64,000 nucleotides of DNA from Dehalococcoidia bacterium (GCA_965207225.1 CBDBLV010000002.1:128001-192000), one strand, 5' to 3'; shown: positions 1-9,479, counted from the first letter of the stretch. Notes: generated by a model not told the origin, from the letters alone. Made by a program: numbers and translations.

Positions 1-116
1 TTCAACTCCACTTTGTACTTGAGAGCAGGCATGTCTTCGTACGTCCTCCCCATAAGATCATACATAAAGACTAACCTATTTCTTATATCTGTTAAATACA
101 CCTGGAAACGGTACTA
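1..116 (-). mobile_element. Left end of a probable IS630-family IS; the transposase starts at 32 and runs off the window
   Basis: Minus-strand ATG at 32 reads MPALKYKVEL with a GGAGG RBS. The terminus TAGTACCGTTTCCAGG ends at TA (115-116), the IS630 target dinucleotide, and interrupts a paralog of 1545..2423. Confidence 0.55.
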
Positions 117-200
117 GTGACCATTGAGCCCGCCGATGACAACGAGGAGGTATTCGGCGAGGCTTGGACGCTCATCGTCCGGTGGCGGGCGCTCACGCTG
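117..200 (+). pseudogene. 3' remnant of a paralog of the HTH protein at 1545..2423
   Basis: VTIEPADDNEEVFGEAWTLIVRWRAL matches VTKEPAPDDEEVFGEAWPLIEEWREI; cut by the IS end, similarity lost after about 195. Confidence 0.75.
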
Positions 201-413
201 AGGTTGTGGACGCAGTCGTGGTCGTCCGGCGTTACGTTGTGCAGGTCGCTTTGGGCAATTTCCGGGGTGGGGGCACGCAGGGGGTCTTTTCGGCCTCACA
301 GATCGGCTATGATGACTTCACTGTTTGGCTTTCTCCAGGGTTTCCGACCATAGAAACCCGGGTGCGTGATCCCTGTTGCACGGGCTTCGCCCAAGAGGGA
401 ATGCTGGCAATGC

Positions 414-524
414 GGAGTTTGACGTTGGTCCTTCGCAACCAGTGCGGGCCGAACCGACGGAGTTGACGCAAGGGCCTCCGTTCTCGGTCCCGTCCAGAGG
501 GTTGGAGTTTGACGTTGGTCCTTC
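414..524 (+). repeat. 21-bp direct repeat GGAGTTTGACGTTGGTCCTTC with a 45-bp period
   Basis: Exact copies at 414 and 504, degenerate copy GGAGTTGACGCAAGGGCCTCC at 459. Confidence 0.8.
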
Positions 525-1338
525 ACCCGCTGGACACCGGTCTGACGGCTGGGGTTGATCGCCTCTCCGTCGGGCCAAGGGAACGGGTGCGCCTTCCGCG
601 CCTCGTCCCCGGCAAACTGGTCGACGTCGGCGCTTGTCGCATCGACCGGTTCAGCATGTCTGCGTGATGGCTGACGCAGTCGGTCGCACCGCAGTTCCGA
701 CACGCGCCCGGCTGCCTGTGTCCATGAGCAGGCTGGCCGCTGCACGTCTGGCTGTTTCTCCCTGTCAGTACCAACTCCCGGGCCAGGTTGCTCGTCCCAA
801 ACCCACTTCGTCCCCTTCGCGCGTCCCTTTGGCTGGCTCACGTCCCAGACGTTCCGCCCTGCCACGTGTGCCACCTAGCCTCGTCAGTCATCTCTGGCCT
901 GACAGTGAGAAGCGCGGGAACAGGCACGGGTGGGCCGCAGTTGTGGCCGCCTGCGCACTATCGCCAGTCGCGCTGTCACCGTCGCCGGTTACGGCGGAGG
1001 CGGCCCTCCGCGTCGGGGCCGGGGTTGAAGTCGATGGTTGCCGCGCCGAACTCGGAGATGGCCCGGCCACTGTTCTCTGATTCTGTTTGGTTCTCGGCTT
1101 CTTTCAAGGTTGCCACTCTCGTCGCGTCGATTGCCCGGCGTTCGAGTTGGGAATCAAAGGACTGCCCGAACTGCAACTGGCTTTCTCCAACCAGCGTGGG
1201 CTATGGGAGAGACGAGCGTTATCCCTCGGAAGGGGTCTTCATCCATGCAACCGTTTCATTCGTGATAGCCCCTTCCAGGGGATACCCCGCCAAGGGGTCG
1301 CCGTGATGTCATGGGGTAGTACAGGAAAACGCGTCCGT

Positions 1339-1530
1339 GTACATGTTGTACATCTGGGCGGTTTGCAAAGCTGGAACAGGGGGAAAGCAGCCCCTACAGG
1401 GCGTGAAAAGCGAACACTTTTTGTCAGGGACCGGTTGCGACGGGCTGGTACATAGCCCGTAGCTGAAGCGGTACATGTTGTACACCCTGAGAGAGTCGGC
1501 AGCCGTGTACAAAACGGGTACATGTTGTAC
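1339..1530. promoter_or_regulatory. Three copies of GTACATGTTGTAC, probable operator sites
   Basis: Copies at 1339, 1471 and 1518 upstream of the HTH gene; the last abuts the GGAGG RBS. Confidence 0.6.
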
Positions 1531-1544
1531 CGGAGGAGGGACTG

Positions 1545-2423
1545 ATGGAAGCGAGTGAGGTGGTCAAGACTGAAGGCGGAGACGCTGAAGAGGAGCACGT
1601 CCAGAGGCTCATGGCCCTGCTGCACGAGGTGGTGCGAAGAGAAGGGAGCCGTAAGGGAGCGGCGCGGGCGCTGGGGATAGACCGGCGGACCGTGGGTGCC
1701 TGCATGGATGGCGGGGGAATGACGTGGCGGCTCAGGGAAGCCCTGGAGCGGGGCCTCCGGGATGGGGTGGGTTCGTCCGCCGCCCGTCACCGGAGGCGTC
1801 ACGACGCGCTGGAGCGTCGGGTGGAGAAGCTGGTGAAGGAACTTCACGAGGGTCTGGACGCCGTCAAAGGCGAGGTGAAAGTCCTGTGTGAGGAGCAGAG
1901 CGGGGCGTTAGCGAAGATCGAGAAGAGGCTGTCGCGTGCGGAAGCCCAGCGAGAGTCCACGACGGGACCGACGGAGGCCCAGGACGCAACCGGAGACGCG
2001 CCGGAGGAGGCCCCGGCGACGGACAAGCCGTCGGCGAGGGCCAGGTACCCGAGGCGGCTGAATCCCGAGCTGGTGACGAAGGAGCCCGCGCCCGACGACG
2101 AGGAGGTCTTCGGCGAGGCGTGGCCGCTCATCGAGGAGTGGCGCGAAATCTGGAAGGCGGGACACGTGGGCACAGGCAAGGGCCTGGCCTGGCTGGAGAC
2201 CGAGGAACGGGTTCGCGAGCTGGAGGTTGCCCTGCTCGAAGAGCACGGGATGACCCTTCCGCCGGAGACGGAGCCGCTGCACGGACTCTACCGAAGCACA
2301 CAGCTCACCTGGCGCAGGGACACCCTCTGGGAGGTCCGCAGGGCGCTGGCGTGGAGATACCTGCTGTGGAAGGCGCTCACGTGCGGCCTGTGGCGGAGCC
2401 GCTGGTGGCCGGGGCGCGCTTAG
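1545..2423 (+). CDS. Island protein with N-terminal HTH, coiled coil and conserved C-terminal domain
   Basis: Good RBS; KGAARALGIDRRTV helix-turn-helix; paralogs at 117 and 36863. Confidence 0.8.
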   Translation: MEASEVVKTEGGDAEEEHVQRLMALLHEVVRREGSRKGAARALGIDRRTVGACMDGGGMTWRLREALERGLRDGVGSSAARHRRRHDALERRVEKLVKELHEGLDAVKGEVKVLCEEQSGALAKIEKRLSRAEAQRESTTGPTEAQDATGDAPEEAPATDKPSARARYPRRLNPELVTKEPAPDDEEVFGEAWPLIEEWREIWKAGHVGTGKGLAWLETEERVRELEVALLEEHGMTLPPETEPLHGLYRSTQLTWRRDTLWEVRRALAWRYLLWKALTCGLWRSRWWPGRA

Positions 2424-4155
2424 AGGCTGTCCCATAAGTGGGAAGTGACGGATAGCGCCCCGGCAGCTGTTCCGACGCGACATCTACGAAGAGATGAAGA
2501 TGCCGCTTAGACCAGGGTTCGCTTTTACGACCCCAGCCGGGAAGTGATAGGGGAATGCTGGATTGAAGGGTGAGAGTTGTGTAGTAGCGGCAGTTGCTGT
2601 GAGAGAGTGGGGAGAGGCACTAGGCCGCGGATACTTGAGTGGAGGGGTCGGCTCCGGGTCTCCACGCCTTCCAGATAGTGCGGAGGTTGAAGGCGATGGC
2701 AAGCACCGTCCATTCGGCCTTCACGTTGGCAAGGCCACGCAACAGGAACCTCCGAGCCCTCAGTTGTTCCTTAAAGATCCCGAAGACCGGTTCGACCAGG
2801 TACTTCCTCCGTTTGTAGGCCGTCGTGGCTGCCTCGGTAGACATCCATTCTCTGTGAGCGCGCAGTACATGGTCGCGTGCCCCGATTTCTAGCTTGCGTC
2901 CCCGTGGGTAATCCTTGGTGCAGACCCCAAATGCGGGGCAACTGCGGCAGGCCGAGGCAGAGGCTGCTCGGTATACCCGGACCGGCGTTCCGGCGTTTGT
3001 GGACGAGCTGGAGAAGCGCAATATCTTTCCATGAGGACAGACGTACCTGTCGTTGCCCTCGTCATAGGTGAATCGGTCCTTGTGATAGGGATTGTCCAGT
3101 GGTCGGGCCATATCCGGCATTGCCACTTGCTGACCTTTACGGTGACTCGCCTCCAGGTTCCGGCCTCCACAATAACCGGCGTCTGCCAACGTCAACGGAG
3201 TCCTGGTTCCTGTAACACCCTCTGCCTGTTCCATCATCGGGGTCAACTGGAGGGCGTCATTGACTTGGTCCACAACGTCTACGGCGGTCAGCAGCATGCC
3301 GGTCGTCTGTCCGCCTGGTGCCAGCGGTGACACCATAGCTTGGGCGTTGTAGCTGGGCATGAAGCCCTGACGGGTCCTCATGAGTTTTGCATCCCGATCG
3401 GTGAGGTTGATGCGCTTGCGATTCCGCTCAGAAGCCAACTCGTCCATCGCATGACGAATCTGCTCCCTCAGCGTTTGCTTGTTGGCTAATTCTTCCGGCA
3501 GATGTAATGCGGGGGTATCCTCACCTGCTTCGTTCTGAGCTTCAAGGTCGGAGATCGCCTTCTCCACCCTGTTCAATAACCGACCCAACTCCCCCGCATC
3601 GTAGGTCCTATCTCTTGCCGCATTGGCCCCCACCTTAGTTCCGTCAACCGCCTGCACCGCCAGATCCACCAGCTTCATCGTCACCGCCGTGCGCACAGTG
3701 CGCTCGAACAGCTTCCTCATGGACTGCCTGTGTTCCTTGTAGAACCGCCACAAGGTGTTGTGGTCAGGATGCTGCCAGCCGGTCAGCCACAGATACGGTA
3801 TCTGGTCCCGGCAGGCCGCCTCCAACTTGCGGCAGGAGCGCACCCCGGTCATGAAACCGTACAGCCACACGCTCAACAAAGCGCGGGGATGGTAGGCCGG
3901 CGCTCCCATCGGGTCGCCGTCTATCTCCACGCCGAGTTCAGCCCAGCCTTCCCTATCCAGTGCGTCCACAAACTCGGCCACGAATCGGGCTGGATGGTCT
4001 AACGGCAACAGATCGTCAAGAGTCGGGGGCAACAGCCACATCTGTTCTCGGTCCATATCTCGAAGCGGCATCTCCATCTCTCCTTCGTCGATGTCGCTTC
4101 AAAGGTACACCTAACAAGGTTCCATTCACCACTCCCCAACTTCTGAGACAGGCTG
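2423..4155 (-). mobile_element. IS1182-family insertion sequence
   Basis: Imperfect IRs GAGGCTGTCCCATAAGT (2423) and the reverse complement of ACTTCTGAGACAGGCTG (to 4155), 13/17 match; GCTTA direct repeats at 2418-2422 and 4156-4160. Confidence 0.85.
2620..4077 (-). CDS. IS1182-family DDE transposase
   Basis: DHPARFV, YHPRALL, PDHNTLWRF, AVDGTK, LADAGY, YVCP..CRSCP..C and VEPVFG motifs. Confidence 0.95.
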   Translation of the reverse strand: MEMPLRDMDREQMWLLPPTLDDLLPLDHPARFVAEFVDALDREGWAELGVEIDGDPMGAPAYHPRALLSVWLYGFMTGVRSCRKLEAACRDQIPYLWLTGWQHPDHNTLWRFYKEHRQSMRKLFERTVRTAVTMKLVDLAVQAVDGTKVGANAARDRTYDAGELGRLLNRVEKAISDLEAQNEAGEDTPALHLPEELANKQTLREQIRHAMDELASERNRKRINLTDRDAKLMRTRQGFMPSYNAQAMVSPLAPGGQTTGMLLTAVDVVDQVNDALQLTPMMEQAEGVTGTRTPLTLADAGYCGGRNLEASHRKGQQVAMPDMARPLDNPYHKDRFTYDEGNDRYVCPHGKILRFSSSSTNAGTPVRVYRAASASACRSCPAFGVCTKDYPRGRKLEIGARDHVLRAHREWMSTEAATTAYKRRKYLVEPVFGIFKEQLRARRFLLRGLANVKAEWTVLAIAFNLRTIWKAWRPGADPSTQVSAA

Positions 4156-4325
4156 GCTTAGGGTTTTCATGAACTGGACAGAACACTTTGGGCGGGGACG
4201 CCGTGAAACCCTTTCCATCCGCTCAACCGTTCGGCAATAATGGAGTCAGTTTCAGGCTTTTCCAGTTGTTTCGTGCCGAGAAACCTGGAGGGTTCCCGTC
4301 CCCCGAATCCGGGACCGGCTGCGTA

Positions 4326-4393
4326 GGATCGAGCACCGCGCTCTCTGAAAGCCACCCAGGGGTCAGACCGGAGGGATCGAGCATTGCGCTCTC
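4326..4393 (+). repeat. 20-bp direct repeat GGATCGAGCAYYGCGCTCTC, two copies 48 bp apart
   Basis: Copies at 4326 and 4374. Confidence 0.7.
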
Positions 4394-4927
4394 CCGAAGT
4401 CCGCCCCTGAGGGACACATTCGCAGCGGCTGAGGCGCGTTTCGCTTCGGCCCCTCGGACACCTTGGCCGGAGTGCGCCCATCACACCTGGTCAGTTCTGC
4501 AAGGCTGCGGCGCAACCGTCACGCGGTTGGGTCGCAGTTTCCACTCTCATTTGGCCCGCGACGACCTCGCAGGCCGCGTCACACTCGCCGCGCCGTCCTG
4601 TGGTTGAACTTCAGGCCGGTCGCATCCCCTTCAACGCAGTTCTCTCCCCTGGGTCGCTCCCCCGTGACGTGACTCTGGGCTGAGCTGCGTCCTTCTCATT
4701 CCCTTCGTCCCCGCGTCCGGCATCCGACCGTGGGCGAAGTGCGTCTCGCGTCAACCGAACCCATCACACAGACAACCCGCGCCCTGGATGCCGCGCGGGT
4801 CAACAACATCAACAACATCGAGGAGGTGAACATGCACGTCGAGTAACCGGTAGGCGAGGTCGAGGGCGTCGGAGTCGGCTTCGACAGCATTCATGCCACG
4901 GCTCTCGCACGCAAGGCCCACATAGCG

Positions 4928-5106
4928 GTTGGCGAGCACAGGGCCGCGTCTCTTCCCAGGAGGAGTCGCGGCCCTTCCCTTTGCCAGCCAACACAAACCC
5001 ACGGAGACAGTCCCGGCCATTCGGGACGCCAATTCAAAGCGGGACTGTCTCCGCCCCACGGGGGTGGTAGGCCGTCCCGCTTCTTCATTTCAAAAGGAGA
5101 AGCGAC
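4928..5106 (+). promoter_or_regulatory. Highly structured 5' leader with alternative pairings and an RBS-sequestering hairpin
   Basis: Long hairpin 4928-4992; perfect 14-bp stem 5002-5015/5040-5053; CGCTTCTTC (5078-5086) pairs with GGAGAAGCG (5096-5104) over the RBS. Confidence 0.5.
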
Positions 5107-6261
5107 ATGACGACGGCAACCACAACGACCAACCCGACGAAGACGACGGAGACACGGACGGATGCGGCGACGCCCGCCGAGTGCAGGGGCAGGCCCGAGA
5201 GCGAACTCAGGTCTGCGGCCAGGAGAAAGGGTCTCACCGTGAAGGAGTTGGCGGCACTCATGGGGGTCAGCGCAAGCCACCTCTCCCAAGTCGGCACGGG
5301 CAGGAAGCCCTGGACCCCCAACCTGCGGGAGAAGGCAATCGCCGTGCTGGGAGAGGTCCCCGGACAGGGCATCGTCTACCGACAGAGCGAAGAGGTCACC
5401 TCCGAGAGTTCCTATATCCGGGAGACCGCACGCAGCCTCGGCATGACGATGCTGGAGCTCTCCGACCGGTCGGGCGTGAGTTACTCGTATCTCACCCAGG
5501 TCGCGAAGGGTCGCAGAACCATGGGCGTGAAGGCGCAGGCCCAGATCGAGTCTGTCCTGGGCGCACCGGCCAAGGTCGCCCCCGCCAATCTCGCCAACCG
5601 CCAGGGCGAGGTTGTGGACGACGACGCTAGCAACTTCATCCGCGAGGCTGCTCGCTCGCTCGGAATAAGCATGAAGGAGCTGGCCAAGATAGTCGGCGTG
5701 TCCGCAGGCTACCTGAGCCAGGTGGCGCGCGGCAAGCGGTGCATGGGGGTGAAGCTCCAAGCCAAGGTAGAGGCCGTGCTTGGAGGGCGTGCGAAGGTCG
5801 CGTCCGCCCAGTGCCCCGACGTAGACCGGCAGTTCATCTGGCAGCGGATGGACGAGTTGGACGTGAGCCAGAACGAGGTGGCACGGCGGGCGGGCATCAG
5901 CTCCGGCCACCTCTCCCAGATCATGAACGGCCAGCGCAGCCCGTCCGCCGTCGTCCTGCGCAAGCTGCACGGGGCGCTGTTTCAGCGGACCCAGGGGAAG
6001 GAGCGGGTGATGCCTGCCGCGCTCAAGGTTCTTGGCTGGAAGAAAGGAGAGCGCAGCGGGATGGTGGTGCACGGCGCTCGCGGAAGGGACGGCACGGCCA
6101 GGGGCGGCGCTGTGCGCGTCGGTGGGCGGGTGCCCTGGGGCGCGGAGGTGGAGTACGCGTTCCGCACCGGGTACGACGGCGCCGGGAAGGTGTCCGTGGA
6201 CCACGTGGTTGCGCCAAGCTACTCCGCTCTGCTCATGCAGCCGGAGGCGGGAGCCGCGTAG
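5107..6261 (+). CDS. Transcriptional regulator with four tandem XRE/Cro HTH domains
   Basis: Four ELA..GVS..(H/Y)LSQ...G.R units plus a Gly/Val-rich C-terminal domain; AGGAG RBS. Confidence 0.85.
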   Translation: MTTATTTTNPTKTTETRTDAATPAECRGRPESELRSAARRKGLTVKELAALMGVSASHLSQVGTGRKPWTPNLREKAIAVLGEVPGQGIVYRQSEEVTSESSYIRETARSLGMTMLELSDRSGVSYSYLTQVAKGRRTMGVKAQAQIESVLGAPAKVAPANLANRQGEVVDDDASNFIREAARSLGISMKELAKIVGVSAGYLSQVARGKRCMGVKLQAKVEAVLGGRAKVASAQCPDVDRQFIWQRMDELDVSQNEVARRAGISSGHLSQIMNGQRSPSAVVLRKLHGALFQRTQGKERVMPAALKVLGWKKGERSGMVVHGARGRDGTARGGAVRVGGRVPWGAEVEYAFRTGYDGAGKVSVDHVVAPSYSALLMQPEAGAA

Positions 6262-6264
6262 TTT

Positions 6265-6309
6265 GCTAGAGAGGGAGGCTATCCATTCGGATGAGCCTCC
6301 CTCTCTAGC
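6265..6309. terminator. Strong hairpin between convergent genes
   Basis: GCTAGAGAGGGAGGCT...AGCCTCCCTCTCTAGC 16-bp stem. Confidence 0.7.
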
Positions 6310-6345
6310 GGCATGTATGCCGCCCACTTCCTCCGTAGGTAACAC

Positions 6346-9306
6346 TCACTGCGACGGCGAACGATGGTAGATGCGCTCCAGCGGCGAAATCATGCCGTTT
6401 GCGGGGAAGCTCCATTCGAAGAAGTCCCGGTTGTCTACGGCGTGCACGATGACCTTCTGGAACTTCTCCAGCAGGCCGGGGGATGCCGAATACCCCACGA
6501 GCAACTCATACAGGTCATGCAAGGGGTATGGGATAGTCGTATGTTCGAGGAATGCCTCGAACGCCTCGCTGAAGTCCCCAAAGGCGACGCAGGAGTACAC
6601 GTAGTTCGCCTGGGCCACCCTGTCCCTCGTCTGGTTGTCCCGCGAATACTCGTAGTGCGTCCTGCGAAGGTTGACGCGCTCGATGAGCGCCTCTTCCAGG
6701 GTGTCGTTCGATGCAAGGATGCGGTGGTACTGCTTCGCCTCGCTGGTCTCCCAGTGCTTCTCCGGTGTCCATTCATCCATCGAATACCCGCCGTTGGGCA
6801 GGTCGGATGCCACGTAGTAGCGGGCGTGCTTGCAGAAGTTGGCCAGGTCCTCGTAGCCGCCCTTGTTGCACGGCCCGCCCATGTCGATGACTCCCAGGGG
6901 CCTGCCCAAGTGCCGTGTCCACGACGCGAGAAAAGCATCTGCGTCAGCGTTCTTCACCTGCGTTGCGAAGAGGTCGCCGCCGGGGCCGCCATGGCCGCTG
7001 AACATGAAGTGATGCTCCCCCTGAGGATGGCGTTCCACTAGCACCGCTGCGAAGTCCTCGAACGCGCTCCGCAGAAAGTCGCTCCGTTCATCCGACGACT
7101 CCTCCGGCATCCCCGTGCGGACGCTCAAGGAGTACTGCTCCCGGTAGGCGATCACATCGTCCTTGGACACTCCTCCTGATACGCCGTAGAGCGGATCGTA
7201 GTCGTTGGGGAATGCGTAGAGGTGAACGGAGCCCATCTCCTCCCATATCGCCGCTTCGTAATACCGGAGCGTTGCACTCTCCTTCTGCGGCACCGCCTGC
7301 GTCCAGCCGCCTGGATTGGAGAACGGCACCCAGTCCTTCGTAACCAGCACGACCCTCAAGAACACGTGCGGTTGCATGGAGTAGGCGGACGTGGGAGTAT
7401 TGGCCGGCGTCGGCTCAGGTGTGGGCGTAGCCGCTGGCGTGGCGGCGCTGGCGGGAACTACCGTCAAAGTGTAGGACCCTGTGGCCCCGATGCCCTCTAC
7501 AAGAACGTAGTACCACCCCGAGCTAGGCGCAACCCACGTAACCCGAGACCCTTGGGCATCCCAATTGTCGTCGCTCCATGTCTCCACATCCCACGAGGAG
7601 TTGTAAAGGGTAAGCCCGGAACTCTCCAGGGTCCCGTGGTCTACCCTTACTTCGTAGCTCTGGCCCTCCTCGGCCTGAAATCGGAAGTAGTCTAGGTCGT
7701 AGTCATTGTCCATTTTCCCTTCGACGCTCTCGCCGGGGTCTACAGTGGTGGCATTCTCGAGATAGTCTCCATGGTCGTCCCCACCGAACACGTTTTCGCC
7801 TTCCACCTCCGGCTCCCGAATGTCCACGGGTTGGTTATAGTCGGACAGAACCGTGACGGCCGTCATCTCCAGCATGATGGTGCTGTTGGTGATGGGGTCG
7901 TCCTCGGTTATCTCCATTTCAATCACGACCCTGCGCACGAGGCTGTCTTCGACCCCGATCCAGTATTCGACCTCACCCTCGCCGTTCCCGATGCTGGGGT
8001 CGTTCAGCATTTCGGCGAGGACCTCACCCGAAACGGGACCTCTCACACGGTAGACGCTCTCGCCGTCGAGTGTTTCCTCTCCTACCAGGACGAAGCCCTG
8101 GGCGACTTCCGGGCCGAAGTCGGTGCCGAATGCCCCGGCTGCCAGCAGTTCATTGCCGAAGGGCGTGGGCAGCTTGGGGAGGGCGGTCCATTCACCCGTG
8201 ATGAAGTCCGTCATGAAGGTCTTGTCGCCGATGGTGATCGCTTCGAACTCCACGGTGACGCCGCCAGCGTTGAAACTGAGCTCCGCCTGGTTGCGGTCCG
8301 GGACCTGGAAGTCACCCACGACGCTCATCGCCATGTCCACCGTCTCGTTCGCCTGCGTCAGCTTGACGGCGATGTCCACCTCCCCGTGGCCGGACTCGAC
8401 GTTCTTCATGGCTGCGGTCGTGGCGTCCAACAATTCCTGCGCGGATGGAGGCTCAGGGGTGGGAGTCGGTGTTGGACTCGGCTCGGGAGTAGGCGTGGCT
8501 GTGGGAGATGGTGCAGGCGTGGCGGTCGGCGATGACACAGAGGACGACACCGAGGTTCCGCCGAATGTCGCTGCGTCCTCGCCCACCCATTTGACGATGA
8601 GGGCATCCAGCGCCCCGTCGGCCTTCATGAACGCTAAGGCAGAGTTCAGCTTCGCCAGCAGGTCGTTGTTGTTGCGCACGCCCATGCCGATCCCCCGGTC
8701 CAGCAGCACGGATGGGCCGACGACGGCCAGTCGTCCCTCGTACTCCGAGAGCTTGTCCACGGCGTAGGCGTGGTCCACCAGCATCGCGTCGATGTCGCCA
8801 TTCAGGAGGGCCGCCAACCGGTCGTCCTCGTCGCTGAACTCTATGTACGCGATGCCCCGTTCCGTAAAGTAGTCCGAGTAGATGGTGCTGGCGTAGGCCC
8901 CTAGCCGCCCCTCGACGGCCTCATCACCCGCGCCCGCCACCGCGAGGTAGACAGACGGTGTGGGAGGGTAGTAGGGCTCGGTGAAGTCGATGGTCATGTC
9001 TCGTTTGTCGGTGATGCTCATACCGGCCATGATGGCGTCGAACTCCCCCGCCACCAGGTCTGGGATCATGCTCTCCCAGTCATTGAGCACCCACTCGCAT
9101 TCAAGCTCGGCCCGGCGGCACAACTCGTCGCCGAGCTCGCGCTCCAACCCGTCGATCTCGCCGTCGTCGTTGATGAAGTTGAAGGGATGGTAATCGCCCT
9201 CGGTGGCGAGGCGAACCGGCTCTGTGCCGTCTCCGCACGAGAGAAGGCACACCGTCAGGACCATGGCCGCTGCCAATGCTACTGTTTGCCTAATCCAGCC
9301 CATCAC
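6346..9306 (-). CDS. Multidomain lipoprotein: amino-acid ABC substrate-binding domain, LppX/LprAFG-like domain, PPC domain and clostripain-like peptidase
   Basis: Lipobox LLSC; ATEGDYHPF..GLERELGDELC (SBP family 3); Pro/Thr linkers; DDHGD..DYFRF (PPC); SGHGG and DMGGPC as a His/Cys dyad candidate. Confidence 0.75.
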   Translation of the reverse strand: MMGWIRQTVALAAAMVLTVCLLSCGDGTEPVRLATEGDYHPFNFINDDGEIDGLERELGDELCRRAELECEWVLNDWESMIPDLVAGEFDAIMAGMSITDKRDMTIDFTEPYYPPTPSVYLAVAGAGDEAVEGRLGAYASTIYSDYFTERGIAYIEFSDEDDRLAALLNGDIDAMLVDHAYAVDKLSEYEGRLAVVGPSVLLDRGIGMGVRNNNDLLAKLNSALAFMKADGALDALIVKWVGEDAATFGGTSVSSSVSSPTATPAPSPTATPTPEPSPTPTPTPEPPSAQELLDATTAAMKNVESGHGEVDIAVKLTQANETVDMAMSVVGDFQVPDRNQAELSFNAGGVTVEFEAITIGDKTFMTDFITGEWTALPKLPTPFGNELLAAGAFGTDFGPEVAQGFVLVGEETLDGESVYRVRGPVSGEVLAEMLNDPSIGNGEGEVEYWIGVEDSLVRRVVIEMEITEDDPITNSTIMLEMTAVTVLSDYNQPVDIREPEVEGENVFGGDDHGDYLENATTVDPGESVEGKMDNDYDLDYFRFQAEEGQSYEVRVDHGTLESSGLTLYNSSWDVETWSDDNWDAQGSRVTWVAPSSGWYYVLVEGIGATGSYTLTVVPASAATPAATPTPEPTPANTPTSAYSMQPHVFLRVVLVTKDWVPFSNPGGWTQAVPQKESATLRYYEAAIWEEMGSVHLYAFPNDYDPLYGVSGGVSKDDVIAYREQYSLSVRTGMPEESSDERSDFLRSAFEDFAAVLVERHPQGEHHFMFSGHGGPGGDLFATQVKNADADAFLASWTRHLGRPLGVIDMGGPCNKGGYEDLANFCKHARYYVASDLPNGGYSMDEWTPEKHWETSEAKQYHRILASNDTLEEALIERVNLRRTHYEYSRDNQTRDRVAQANYVYSCVAFGDFSEAFEAFLEHTTIPYPLHDLYELLVGYSASPGLLEKFQKVIVHAVDNRDFFEWSFPANGMISPLERIYHRSPSQ

Positions 9307-9479
9307 TTGCCGTCCAAGGCCAATTACCGAAGCTCATTGCTCATCCCTGCTCATCCCCCGTCTCTTCCAAATCGTATCTTGGATTTGGTATGTAACAATC
9401 ATTTCACCGAGGTGCGGCATACCAGCTAGGGTTGTGGCACCTCCAATTGGAAACACTGAGCTGGATTGGGAAAAGCTCC

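Noticed and set aside
414-524. Possible CRISPR array
   Set aside because: Only two exact 21-bp copies plus one degenerate copy, 24-bp spacers and no cas genes in the window; kept as a plain repeat.
296-1512. Several overlapping ORFs on both strands
   Set aside because: No recognisable motifs or convincing RBS; likely non-coding or decayed sequence.
4891-6345. 484-aa minus-strand ORF
   Set aside because: Antisense shadow of the four-HTH gene in high-GC DNA.
8440-8545. Short tandem DNA repeats (also near 7400, 19000 and 46800)
   Set aside because: Explained by Pro/Thr/Ala linker codons of lipoproteins.
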